Source: Bifidobacterium sp.
GTDB taxonomy: Bacteria; Actinomycetota; Actinomycetes; Actinomycetales; Bifidobacteriaceae
Length of the DNA stretch: 64,000 nucleotides
Direction of reading: 5' to 3'
Assembly (NCBI RefSeq): GCF_022647885.1
Contig: NZ_JALCLM010000001.1
Location: forward strand, 1,656,610-1,720,609
Positions 1 to 9,912 of the stretch are shown in pieces. Position 1 is the first letter of the stretch. Every line of letters begins with the position of its first letter. Below the pieces are notes generated by a model, which saw only the letters and a list, made by a program, of their open reading frames with translations, did no database searches and was not told the DNA's origin. The position numbers were made by a program, and so were the translations under genes.

Positions 1-201
1 TGTGCCATATGTGCGCCAAGACCAAACCACGACAGTCTTATTCTGACCTTGCTCATTCACCATATCTATCAGGATACGGAATCACCAGCGCCACTACTCA
101 TCAACACACAAATCCTCTTTCCACTTGTAGTAAGATATACCAAATCTTTCACAGGATATTCATATAGTGTTGTAAACACCAATAACGCAGGGAGGGCTCC
201 A

Positions 202-870
202 ATGGATAGGGCTAAACGAGGACCCTATGCGAAAGGCAAAGCGCGACGAAAAGAAATCCTGAAGGCCGCGCTCAACATTGTTGCCAAGGAAGGCTTCGAC
301 CAAACAACATTAAGTAAGATCTCCAAAGCCGTAGGCATTTCAGATGTGGCCGTGCTACATTATTTCGGGACAATGGATGATTTGCTAGTTGAAGTACTCA
401 AACAGCGCGATACCGATGACATGGCAGCAGCCACTTCGTCACTCCCTGACATGGTTAGCCAGATGATACAGCTCATTGCCCACCCTGAGCAGTCAATCAA
501 GCAAGTCATGCAGATCGTCAGGCGTAACTCGCAAACACCTGGACTAGTGGAACTCTACGCACATATGTCAGTGAGAGCATCAGACCCTACAAGTCCTGCA
601 TACCGATATTTCAAGCAACGTGGCAAGGTGGAACGGTTTGTGGTAGGAAGCGCTGCAAAAAAAGTCATCGACAAAGAGCATCTGGATACAGAATTATCCC
701 CAGAAGAAATGGCAAGAGTAATGCAAGCTCTGCTAGATGGTTTACAGATTCAATGGCTCATCGACAGAGACATCGATATGGCTGATATTGCAGAAAAAGC
801 CATCAAGCTAATGTGGAATCAGCCTCAAAGCACTAATGAGAGCAAAGACACAAGCGACGAAATCCTTTGA
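202..870 (+). CDS. TetR/AcrR family transcriptional regulator
   Basis: N-terminal HTH (RRKEILKAALNIVAKEGFDQTTLSKISKAVGISDVAVLHYF). GGAGG at 191-195 precedes ATG 202, so the start is moved from the ORF-track 49. Confidence 0.9.
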   Translation: MDRAKRGPYAKGKARRKEILKAALNIVAKEGFDQTTLSKISKAVGISDVAVLHYFGTMDDLLVEVLKQRDTDDMAAATSSLPDMVSQMIQLIAHPEQSIKQVMQIVRRNSQTPGLVELYAHMSVRASDPTSPAYRYFKQRGKVERFVVGSAAKKVIDKEHLDTELSPEEMARVMQALLDGLQIQWLIDRDIDMADIAEKAIKLMWNQPQSTNESKDTSDEIL

Positions 871-1168
871 TCGAAGCACAATAAAGCCCCGCTCTCGACG
901 CGATGAACAGCACCCCACCCTTATCAGATCGTACTAGCACGCGCAATGACACAATAGCTTCACGGTCGGCATCTCCCAATCGATAATCGCGAAGAGCAAC
1001 TGCCCAGGCAACGCCGTCACATAATAGGTCTTCGACCATCTCAAGGACAGCTTCTATATCGGACGTAATTTCGCCTCATACACGTAATTCAGACAAGAGC
1101 CGAACAACTACCTCATCTGCTGCAACACCACAAGTGATCAACACCAAATACGTAGACACTTTCTACAT
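833..1168 (-). pseudogene. Possible decayed small ORF, unknown product
   Basis: GAGGA then ATG at 1168. One frame reads M*KVSTYLVLITCGVAADEVVVRLLSELRV*GEITSDIEAVLEMVEDLL..., with stops at codons 2 and 31 and many GNN codons. No family recognised. Confidence 0.3.
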
Positions 1169-1323
1169 GTATCCTCAAACTCATACTTAATATGGCAAGT
1201 CAATTCACTCCATCCAGTATGCTAACGCTGGCACTCAGACCAGTACTGGATTGACTTCTTATGTATAGTATCCAACGTCAGATTTGACAAACTCATCTAC
1301 TCATGAACAGGGCAAACTTCTAA

Positions 1324-1373
1324 CAACACCGAGTTCTATGCACACAGCACAGCATGCATAGAACTCGGTGTTG
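1324..1373. terminator. Perfect 19-bp inverted repeat hairpin, probable terminator of the LRR gene
   Basis: CAACACCGAGTTCTATGCA (1324-1342) / TGCATAGAACTCGGTGTTG (1355-1373), 12-nt loop, 45 bp past the stop at 1418. U-tract is weak. Confidence 0.6.
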
Positions 1374-1417
1374 AGATATTGGAGGATATGAGTGAGTGAA
1401 TGGGTAAGCGGTAATCT

Positions 1418-3536
1418 TTAGAGGACTTTCCTGACGACAATCACCACTATTCCGACTAGCAACACTATTACACCGGCCAAAATAATGACTTGAATCGAAC
1501 TTCCGGTAAAGGCAAGTTGTTTCTGTGTTGAATCTGAATTCTTAGCAACCGTATTGTTGCTGGATGTATTCTTATCGGTCAAGTCGTTCTTGCCCGTTGT
1601 CGCGCTCTTGCCGATGGCGAAGTTCGTCCATCCTTGGATGTTGCCCTCCTGGTCATACAACGCTATCTTGTGCGCACCAGAGTAGCCTGCGGGGAGCTGT
1701 ACGTTGACGTAGTACTTGCCGTTGTTGTCCTTTTGCACAAGTAGATGATTTTGCCCGTCAGGAGTGAGCAGGCGGGTTGGTGTGGAGTAGATGTACCCTG
1801 CCCAATAGCAGTAGAGCCCCTCATCTACCAGTGTCTTGCAGCTATCAACCAGCTTGTTAATATACACACGATACGGTGAATCCGGATTCGCTGAATTGTT
1901 GTTCTCCCCCTTGATGTCGCCCTTGTTGCCGTCGTTCAATTCACCCTCGTCTACCGGGGTAACAGACTGTGTGGTGAACTCGGGGATGAGTGCCGCATCA
2001 TTGGTGTTCTGCTTGATAATGCGACCGTCCTTGGTGAACAGCACCAGACCTGTGTACTGGTACGAGGCGGGGTCAGTTTTCGAGAGTGTCGGCCAAGCAT
2101 TCTTGTCTTTATACAATTCGCTGAACTGTGCAGACGTATACCCATCGAACAATCCAAGTAGTGAATATGCTGGCAACGACCAGAGATTGGGCACACCCTT
2201 GGTGTCATACCCACAAGCACCGCCCCCACCGGCACTGCTGCATGTGAGCGTGGAACTTGGCCGCAGCTGTTCACCTGTCTCGCTATACAGCCAGTTGCCA
2301 TACTTGGTGTTGTCGAGGAATCCGCCCAGCGTGGTCGACACGGTACCGGTTCTGCTTGCAAGCGTTTCCTTGGTGAAATCGTCTGATGACCTGCTGAAGG
2401 ACTGGTAGTTCACCGTCCATTTGCTGCCCTCTTCAAGGGGATACCACTGTTCGCTGGTTTCAGTGTCAGAATGTACTGCGTATATTCGCGCTCGTTTGAG
2501 TGCTGAGTCTTGTGACAGGGCTGAGTCATCGACTCCGCTGGTGCAATCCCAGAGATTTGTTGAACCCGGATCCCAACCAGTGGTCATACCCGGATGTATC
2601 GAAGCGAGGAATACGCGTGAAAAGCTTGACGAGAGGCACACCTTATCGACCTGATCCCAGAGTTCCTGACTGATTTCATAATCAACCTTCAAACCGACCG
2701 TGTGGGAGCCAACATCCTCCACACGAGGATTCGACACCTTGATGTCATCACTATCTGCGATAGTCACCTGCGTCAGTGAGATATTGGCATTCACCGAGGC
2801 TCCATGCCCAGCGTCATACGTGAAATGGACACGCCTAGTCAATAAGCCATCACCTGCGTACACGTCTCGCGTCAACCCTGTAACAATCGAACCTTCAAGC
2901 GCCTCACCGTTATCCCCCGAGAAATTAGAAACTTTCGATGCATCGAACCATGGCACCAGTGACTTCAGGTCGAAGGTACCGTCATCCCCGAAGAATCCTT
3001 TGGCATAATCCAAGTAGCCGATTGTCAGACCGCTAACGCTTGCTCCGAGCTTCAATGCCACGAGAGGGTTACCACCAACATTCAACGTGGTGACATGCGT
3101 ATTGGCTGACAGGTCGAGACCCGTCAGCTTGTTGTTGTAGACGTTCACTTCAACGAGTTGATGGTTATGACTCACATCCAGTTCACTCACATACGCTCCT
3201 GGAATGAAGAGATTCGTCAGCTCCGTGAAATACTCGATGCCTTGCACGGAATGGAACTTCTGGGAATCATCCAGATACTCACTGACATGAATGCTCTGCG
3301 CATTCGAGATTTCATCAGCCGACAACGAGCCGTTAGTATCAGTGTCGAAATGCTCCGACACATATCCACGGAACACCGCATCAGGGAAATTGCTCTCATT
3401 GACCGCCACATCACTGGTCGCGGCCGAAGCTGCGGGAGCGACCATCGCTCCGAATGTCAAACCCACCATCAGCAGGGCAGCTAGCAGGAGACAGCTAGAA
3501 CGATGCCCCCCCCCCCGTCATTATCTTCTTGCTCAT
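1418..3536 (-). CDS. Sortase-anchored leucine-rich-repeat surface protein, 5' end frameshifted in a poly-G tract
   Basis: NFPDAVFRGYV...DTNGSLSADEI cap, then LRR-like repeats (LTNLFIP, LDVSHNHQL, LDLSANTHV). C-terminal LAFTG + hydrophobic helix + RK tail. AGGAGA precedes ATG 3536, which is one base out of frame with the 3469-1418 ORF. Confidence 0.8.
3506..3516 (-). repeat. G11 homopolymer (C11 on + strand) in signal-peptide coding region
   Basis: cgatg-CCCCCCCCCCC-gtca at 3501-3520. Confidence 0.9.
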
Positions 3537-3941
3537 GCTTCTCCTAGATTTCTCTCGTGTTGTTGAACCGGACACGGTAGGACCGCGCACTAGAAGATAG
3601 TAACAGAAATTTAATACGTAGTGTTTGATATTTGACAATATATTGCTTACCGTTGGCGTGCCCTCGCTGCCACACGAATGTATTCTTTTCTTAACCGCTA
3701 TGCACTCCTAACTCTATATACCAGAGCGTTTCATTACCTAGATAGATTCAATGAGTAAATCCACTACTTAGACAGAGCAGGTAAGCATAATGGGCAGGAA
3801 GAACAAGTGTAATCCCCCGCGCCTAAGACCAATCAGTTTGTGATAACAACAGAACTTGCAATCGAGCATTGTTCTACTATTACCAGTGAGACCCTATGCG
3901 CCTGTAGCAGTTACAGCAAACTCAATGGAGGGAGATTCACA

Positions 3942-4283
3942 ATGGATGCGAGCAAACGCGGACCTTATGCCAAAGGCAAGGTTCGGCGTAAAGAAATTCT
4001 GGATGCAGCTCTCACTATTGTTGGTTCCGATGGTTTCGACCAAACCACATTGAGTAAAATCTCAGAAGTGGTAGGCATTTCTGACGTGGCCGTACTACAT
4101 TACTTCGATTCAATGGATGATCTGATGATCCAAGTACTCAAACAGCGCGACCTCAACGACATTCAAAGCACTGAAACATCAATGCCGGATAGAAGCGTCG
4201 ACATGAGGAGTATTGCAGGGCAAGCGATCAATCGCTTGCTGTGTCGCCAAGCCCCAGCAAGCCAAGATATTACTGAGCAATAA
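3942..4283 (+). pseudogene. Truncated TetR family regulator, paralog of 202-870
   Basis: First 70 aa are 55/70 identical to the 202-870 protein by manual alignment. Similarity is lost after about SMPD and the ORF stops at 113 aa, lacking the ligand-binding domain. Confidence 0.75.
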
Positions 4284-4479
4284 GCACAGCAATAACCTAG
4301 ATAATTACCGATTAGTTGAACTCGGTTGTTGTCTGTTGAGTATGACGTTTCTACACACAATTTCGATGCTCGGTAACATAGCCGTTGTCAACCCGTAATG
4401 TTCTGTGAGCATGAGAATTCTAGGCTTATGACTATCAGTGGTGCATTCTGACCTTAAGCGTTTTGAAGAGAGGCGGGAA

Positions 4480-5286
4480 ATGAGTATTGGTAGGCAACTG
4501 GTTTTAGATCAACAGACCACACCGGCAGAAGCGAGACAAGCATTTCGTCAGGGCGTTATACGCCCAACGGCCGGCATTTCCAAGGGATTTGCTCAAGCCA
4601 ATATGATTGTGCTCCCTAAAGCTTATGCCTATGATTTCTTACTTTTCGCACAACGCAACCCCAAACCATGCCCGTTGCTAGAAGTATTAGATGTGGGCAG
4701 CACGGCTCCGTCCATCGCACCTGGATCTGATATACGAAGTGACATACCAAAATATCGTATTTGGCATGATGGCAAGCTTGTTGACGAAGTCAATGACATC
4801 ACCGATGTATGGGCTGAGCACGACGATTTAGTAACTTTTCTTATTGGGTGCAGTTTCACCTTTGAATTCCCTCTGATGGAAGCAGGAATACCAGTCCATC
4901 ACATAGAAGCTGACACCAACGTGCCAATGTATGACACCTCTATATCCTGCGCGAGCGCCGGTATGTTCACTTCCTCCATGGTGGTTTCTATGCGCGGTAT
5001 CCAACCAAATCAAGTTGCAGATGCCGTCCGTATTTCAGGTTACTACCCCAGTGTTCATGGTGCTCCAGTGCACATTGGCAATCCATCAGCAATCGGTATA
5101 AAGGACTTAACCTCGCCACAATACGGTGATAAACCAATTCTGAAAGACGGAGATATCCCAGTTTTTTGGGCTTGTGGAGTGACCCCACAAGCTGCTGTGA
5201 TGTCGTCAAAACCTTCCTTTGCTATCACGCATGCGCCAGGACACATGTTTATTACTGATATGCCCGATCAGCATTACATGGTGTAG
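4480..5286 (+). CDS. DUF1445 putative hydro-lyase / D-glutamate cyclase family protein
   Basis: Motifs [62 protein letters not shown]. Confidence 0.9.
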   Translation: MSIGRQLVLDQQTTPAEARQAFRQGVIRPTAGISKGFAQANMIVLPKAYAYDFLLFAQRNPKPCPLLEVLDVGSTAPSIAPGSDIRSDIPKYRIWHDGKLVDEVNDITDVWAEHDDLVTFLIGCSFTFEFPLMEAGIPVHHIEADTNVPMYDTSISCASAGMFTSSMVVSMRGIQPNQVADAVRISGYYPSVHGAPVHIGNPSAIGIKDLTSPQYGDKPILKDGDIPVFWACGVTPQAAVMSSKPSFAITHAPGHMFITDMPDQHYMV

Positions 5287-5396
5287 GGAATTATGATGCA
5301 GAAAACTATGATTCAGAAAACTAAAAGCAATCTCAAGTTGTGAGAATTCATCACATTACACCATTCACTACAACAGACAAAGGAGCCATAAGCCTT

Positions 5397-6161
5397 ATGG
5401 TGAGCATTGATATTAACAGCGACATGGGAGAGAGTTTCGGACGCTGGACACTAGGCGATGACACCTCAATGCTTGGACTCATATCTAGTGCCAATATCGC
5501 TTGCGGTTTCCATGCAGGCGACCCTAGCGTCATGTTGCGAACCCTAACCAAAGCACACCAACATCAAGTCTGCATCGGGGCTCATGTCTCCTACAGAGAC
5601 CTAGCTGGTTTTGGCAGGCGATCTATCGATGTTCCGGCTGAGGTGTTGCAAGCTGATGTTGAATACCAACTAGCTGCGATACAAGGTCTGGCGAACGCTA
5701 CAGGTTCTGCTGTTCGCTATGTAAAACCACACGGAGCTCTGTACAACCGAATTGTCGATGACGAAGTTCAAGCATCGGCAGTAGTTCATGCAATTGTGGC
5801 TCTCAACGCCAATCTTGGACTGCTGACATTACCTGATTCAGCAGTTGGCAAACTTGCTGATGAGGCAGGATTGCGAGTATTTCATGAAGCCTTTGCAGAT
5901 CGCGCTTACACGCCGGAAGGACGTTTAGTATCTCGCAACTTGCCAGATTCAGTCATTAGCGACCCTGCAGCTGTTGCTCAACGAGTTTCGCAGCTGGTTC
6001 TGACTCATCACATCGAAGCAATCGATGGATCAACAATCGCCGTTTCTGCGGATTCTGTTTGTGTACATGGCGACACCCCAGGAGCAGTCGCCATGGCGAA
6101 ATCCATAAATCATCGGCTATCTGAGGATGGCATCAATATCGCCTCATTCATGGATCGGTAA
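5397..6161 (+). CDS. pxpA: LamB/YcsF family 5-oxoprolinase subunit A
   Basis: IDINSDMGES, SANIACGFHAGD, GAHVSY.DLAGFGRR, YVKPHGALYN, EAFADRAY, SVCVHGDTPGA. AAGGAG upstream of ATG 5397. Confidence 0.9.
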   Translation: MVSIDINSDMGESFGRWTLGDDTSMLGLISSANIACGFHAGDPSVMLRTLTKAHQHQVCIGAHVSYRDLAGFGRRSIDVPAEVLQADVEYQLAAIQGLANATGSAVRYVKPHGALYNRIVDDEVQASAVVHAIVALNANLGLLTLPDSAVGKLADEAGLRVFHEAFADRAYTPEGRLVSRNLPDSVISDPAAVAQRVSQLVLTHHIEAIDGSTIAVSADSVCVHGDTPGAVAMAKSINHRLSEDGINIASFMDR

Positions 6162-6167
6162 AATAGC

Positions 6168-7796
6168 ATGCATTTCCTTCCAGTTGGCAAGTCTGGTCTT
6201 CTTATCGAATTGCCCGATCTAACGTCAGCGCTCACGAGTTACGCCACCTTGCGCGAAGCTTCATTGCCTGGCGTAATCCAGTTGCTTCCTGCCGCGCGGA
6301 CAGTTCTCGTATCTTTCGATTCTGCACAAACCAATCATGACGAGCTAGCAACTGCAATTGCAGCGTTACCGACCATTACTCCGAAAGAGAGCTCTGGTAA
6401 CACTACTGAGATTCCAGTGGAATACAACGGTGAAGATCTGGATGAGGTTGCACACATACTTGGAGTTTCGAAACAGACAGTAATCAACCGGCATACATCG
6501 CATCCTTGGTTGGTGGCCTTCAGTGGATTCGCACCTGGCTTCTCCTATCTCAGCGACGGCGATCCACTATTCGATGTCCCCCGCAAATCATCACCTCGTA
6601 TTAGCGTTCCTGCAGGATCAGTGGGCTTAGCAGGAGCGTTCAGTGGGATCTATCCTCGTGTGAGTTCAGGTGGATGGCAGCTCATCGGCACGACTGCAAT
6701 CCAATTGTGGGATGATGAACGCAATCCTCCTGCCCTATTGCAAGCCGGAGATTATGTCCGTTTTGTACCGGTGAAAGCGCAAGCAATCCTGCAAGATAGC
6801 ATTCGTGAAACACCACCACCTGATTCTCAACAACACGCCTCACTTGCTAAGCAGCCATTGGCCTCCAAAACAAACTCAAACTCTTCGATCAGCCTCCTGC
6901 AGGTGCTTCAAACTGGAATACTCAGCACTATCCAAGACGAAGGCAGAAGCGCTGTGAATATGGGAGTTAATAGTTCAGGCGCTATGGATCGTTTCTCTTT
7001 CCACCTAGCCAATGAACTTGTCGGCAACTCCCTAGACGCAGCAGCTATAGAGATTACTGGAGGCAATGCGGTTTTTGCTGCCAAGGATAACTTAGTGATA
7101 GCAATTACAGGAGCACCTGTGAGTGTGAGTATCTGCTCAGCCGCTGACGAAACCATCACGCTTGCGGACATTTCATGCCAGCAAGCGTTTGTGCTCCGTA
7201 GTGGTGAACTAGTCAAGATTGCTACTCCGCATTCCGGTTTACGCAATTATCTGGCTGTACAAGGGGGGTTCGAGAGCACTCAAATCCTTAACAGTGCATC
7301 TACGGATACGATGTCACACATAGGCCCTCTCCCCCTATCCTCAGGAGATAATCTCACTGCTGGTTCTCAGACTCATCACTCCATCTCGCCACCATTGAGT
7401 TGGAGTGATATGCCTCGCCCTAATCAGATAACTGAACTGCCTGTCACACTTGGCCCTCGAGATGATTGGTTCACTCAGCGCGGGCTGGATACATTGTTCC
7501 AGCAGCCATGGGAAGTGACCGCACAATCCAACCGCGTTGGGATAAGACTTCAAGGTGACGAAGCACTCGAACGCAGCAACCACAGCGAGCTACCCAGTGA
7601 GGGAACTATTCCTGGAGCAATCCAAGTACCAAACAACGGGCAACCTGTGATTTTTATGCGCGATCACCCTGTAACAGGCGGATACCCAGTGGTAGCCATA
7701 CTCGATGCTGAAGCTATTAATATCGCTGCTCAACTACCACCCCACGCTCTTGTACGTTTCGTTCATCACACCGACAGCAATCAAAAGGAGCTCTAA
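6168..7796 (+). CDS. Fused PxpB-PxpC (KipI-KipA; CT_C_D + CT_A_B) 5-oxoprolinase / urea amidolyase-like protein
   Basis: PxpB part: PAARTVLV, FSGFAPGFSYL, VPAGSVGLAG, YPRVSSGGWQLIG. PxpC part: TIQDEGR, GLRNYLAVQGG, SNRVGIRL, PSEGTIPGAIQVP, DHPVTGGYPVVA. Confidence 0.88.
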   Translation: MHFLPVGKSGLLIELPDLTSALTSYATLREASLPGVIQLLPAARTVLVSFDSAQTNHDELATAIAALPTITPKESSGNTTEIPVEYNGEDLDEVAHILGVSKQTVINRHTSHPWLVAFSGFAPGFSYLSDGDPLFDVPRKSSPRISVPAGSVGLAGAFSGIYPRVSSGGWQLIGTTAIQLWDDERNPPALLQAGDYVRFVPVKAQAILQDSIRETPPPDSQQHASLAKQPLASKTNSNSSISLLQVLQTGILSTIQDEGRSAVNMGVNSSGAMDRFSFHLANELVGNSLDAAAIEITGGNAVFAAKDNLVIAITGAPVSVSICSAADETITLADISCQQAFVLRSGELVKIATPHSGLRNYLAVQGGFESTQILNSASTDTMSHIGPLPLSSGDNLTAGSQTHHSISPPLSWSDMPRPNQITELPVTLGPRDDWFTQRGLDTLFQQPWEVTAQSNRVGIRLQGDEALERSNHSELPSEGTIPGAIQVPNNGQPVIFMRDHPVTGGYPVVAILDAEAINIAAQLPPHALVRFVHHTDSNQKEL

Positions 7797-7798
7797 TA

Positions 7799-9517
7799 AT
7801 GAAACGAGTGCTTATCGCCAATCGTGGTGAGATCGCTGTAAGAATCATTCGTGCTTGTGCAGACACCGGTCGCACTTCCATTGCTATCTATGCAGATGAC
7901 GATAGTGACGCACTCTTTGTCAACCTAGCAGACGAAGCGTATGCGTTGGAGGGGCGTTCACCTCATGATAGTTATCTGAACATCGCAAAAATTGTGGATA
8001 TTGCCGTACGCTCAGGCGCTGATGCAGTCCATCCTGGCTACGGTTTCCTTTCGGAAAATGCTGATTTTGCGCAAGCGGTAATTGATGCAGGGTTGACGTG
8101 GATTGGTCCACCTCCATCAGTTATTCGTTTGCTCGGCGATAAAGTACAAGCTCGTCGAATTGCCGCAGAGGTTGGAGCACCAATGGCCCCAGGCACCACT
8201 TCTCCTGTTGCCAATGCCTCTGAAGTCGTGGATTTTGCGAAAACTCATGGTCTTCCGCTAGCTATCAAAGCCGTCTATGGCGGAGGCGGACGAGGACTCA
8301 AAGTCGTTCGTCATCTAGACGATATCGAAGAATCTTTCGCGTCGGCAACTCACGAAGCTGAACTTGCTTTTGGCAACGGTGCGAGTTTCGTCGAGCGCTT
8401 CCTCGATAAACCTCGACATGTGGAAGTTCAAATACTCGCAGATACCTTAGGGAATGTCATCGCTGTTGGCACTCGTGACTGCTCCTTGCAGAGACGCAAC
8501 CAAAAACTCGTAGAGGAAGCACCAGCCCCTTTTCTTGAGCCAGCAATCAGCGAACATCTGAAAAACTCAGCGATTGCTATTTGTAAACATGCAGGGTATG
8601 TGAGCGCAGGAACAGTAGAATTTTTGCTCTCTGCAGACGGAATCGCCTCGTTTATGGAGGTCAATACACGGCTACAAGTTGAGCATCCAATCACCGAAGA
8701 GACCAGCGACATCGATTTAGTCATTGAACAGTTCCGCATTGCTGAAGGTGAATCCATAGAAGCTCTCGAGCCGCACGAGCACGGACACGCGATGGAGTTT
8801 AGGATTAACGCTGAAGACCCCGCTCGCGGTTTTGTTCCCTTCCCAGGGGTCATTACTGAACTTGATGTGCCTGGTGGTCCAGGCATACGTTTCGACACAG
8901 GAATTCATAGAGGGTCGCAAGTATCAGATCAGTTTGACTCTATGCTCGCTAAATTAGTTGTTGTTGCTCCTACTCGCGAACAGTGCATTAGACGAGCACG
9001 ACAAGCACTACGTGAGCTGCACATCGTCGGAGTACCTACAGTTATTGGATTCGACCGGAAACTGCTCGAAGAAGCTGATTTCACATCCAATGAAAGTCTT
9101 GACGTATACACCAGATGGATTGAGGAATCTTTTCTCGTGGATACTGATCCTCAGGAATTTGCTGAACGTGCGACACCTTCTACAGTGCTACGCACATGGA
9201 TTGAGGTCGATGGAAAGCACATACGACTCGGACTTCCTGAATCTTTAAACTTTATGCAGGCCAGACCAGCTCAGACCACACCCGTTGAAGACAAGCAAGA
9301 TCCCAGAGTTATTCGCTCAACAATCACCGGCACTGTTGTTCGATGGCTTGCTCAGGAAGGCGACTCCATAGAAGTTGGAGCCCCTGTGGTAGTGGTTGAA
9401 GCCATGAAAATGGAGACACAGATTACAGCCTCCGAATCTGGGGTGCTACACCAGACTTGTAAAGTCGGCGACGGCGTAGCCTTCGATGCTGAATTGGGAC
9501 GTATTTCATCCAAATAA
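7799..9517 (+). CDS. Biotin carboxylase fused to biotin carboxyl carrier domain
   Basis: LIANRGEIAVRIIR, HPGYGFLSEN, GGGGRG, RDCSLQRRNQKLVEEAP, EVNTRLQVEHP, C-terminal EAMKM biotinylation motif. Confidence 0.92.
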   Translation: MKRVLIANRGEIAVRIIRACADTGRTSIAIYADDDSDALFVNLADEAYALEGRSPHDSYLNIAKIVDIAVRSGADAVHPGYGFLSENADFAQAVIDAGLTWIGPPPSVIRLLGDKVQARRIAAEVGAPMAPGTTSPVANASEVVDFAKTHGLPLAIKAVYGGGGRGLKVVRHLDDIEESFASATHEAELAFGNGASFVERFLDKPRHVEVQILADTLGNVIAVGTRDCSLQRRNQKLVEEAPAPFLEPAISEHLKNSAIAICKHAGYVSAGTVEFLLSADGIASFMEVNTRLQVEHPITEETSDIDLVIEQFRIAEGESIEALEPHEHGHAMEFRINAEDPARGFVPFPGVITELDVPGGPGIRFDTGIHRGSQVSDQFDSMLAKLVVVAPTREQCIRRARQALRELHIVGVPTVIGFDRKLLEEADFTSNESLDVYTRWIEESFLVDTDPQEFAERATPSTVLRTWIEVDGKHIRLGLPESLNFMQARPAQTTPVEDKQDPRVIRSTITGTVVRWLAQEGDSIEVGAPVVVVEAMKMETQITASESGVLHQTCKVGDGVAFDAELGRISSK

Positions 9518-9540
9518 GCACCCCACGATAGCTCAGAATT

Positions 9541-9656
9541 CGATTGTGTAGGGATTTACATCAAGATTCAATGTATGAGGTGACAGCAAACGTTGCAATT
9601 GCAACCTTCTCAATCACCTCATACTCGGTATCTATTGTTAAATCCCTACACAAACG
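9541..9656. repeat. Dispersed palindromic element with conserved terminal inverted repeats, copy 1 (116 bp)
   Basis: CGATTGTGTAGGGATTTA / TAAATCCCTACACAAACG (17/18 complementary). Inner arms GTATGAGGTGA (9573-9583) / TCACCTCATAC (9614-9624). Centre GTTGCAATTGCAAC (9592-9605). Confidence 0.85.
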
Positions 9657-9823
9657 TAATTAGTCAAGATCACGTCAGCATAGCTGTACCAATTCGTGAT
9701 GCCAACGAATCACTTATTGCAGCATTGTGCGCGGTGTCACTAGACGGCGATATCCAAGAGACAATTATTCAGGTCGAAGATTTATGTGAAGCTGCCCAAC
9801 AATTTTCTTGTTACATATGTTGA
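9657..9823 (+). pseudogene. C-terminal remnant of an IclR family regulator
   Basis: VSIAVPIRDANESLIAALCAV resembles the IclR effector-domain motif. No HTH and no plausible start; the similarity begins just after the repeat element. Confidence 0.55.
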
Positions 9824-9912
9824 AATCAGTATTTCTTGAGGAAACCTCCTCTTTACTCAACATCATCTACGTTGTTTGTTATACATACCAGACAACACCA
9901 CTTTATTGATTT

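Noticed and set aside
4163-4398. Short hydrophobic ORFs after the truncated TetR as a transporter remnant
   Set aside because: No recognisable motif in any frame and too short to support a call.
5281-5292. GTGTAGGGAATT resembling the left end of the dispersed element
   Set aside because: Only 9 bp match, it overlaps the DUF1445 stop codon, and there is no partner inverted repeat 100-130 bp downstream.
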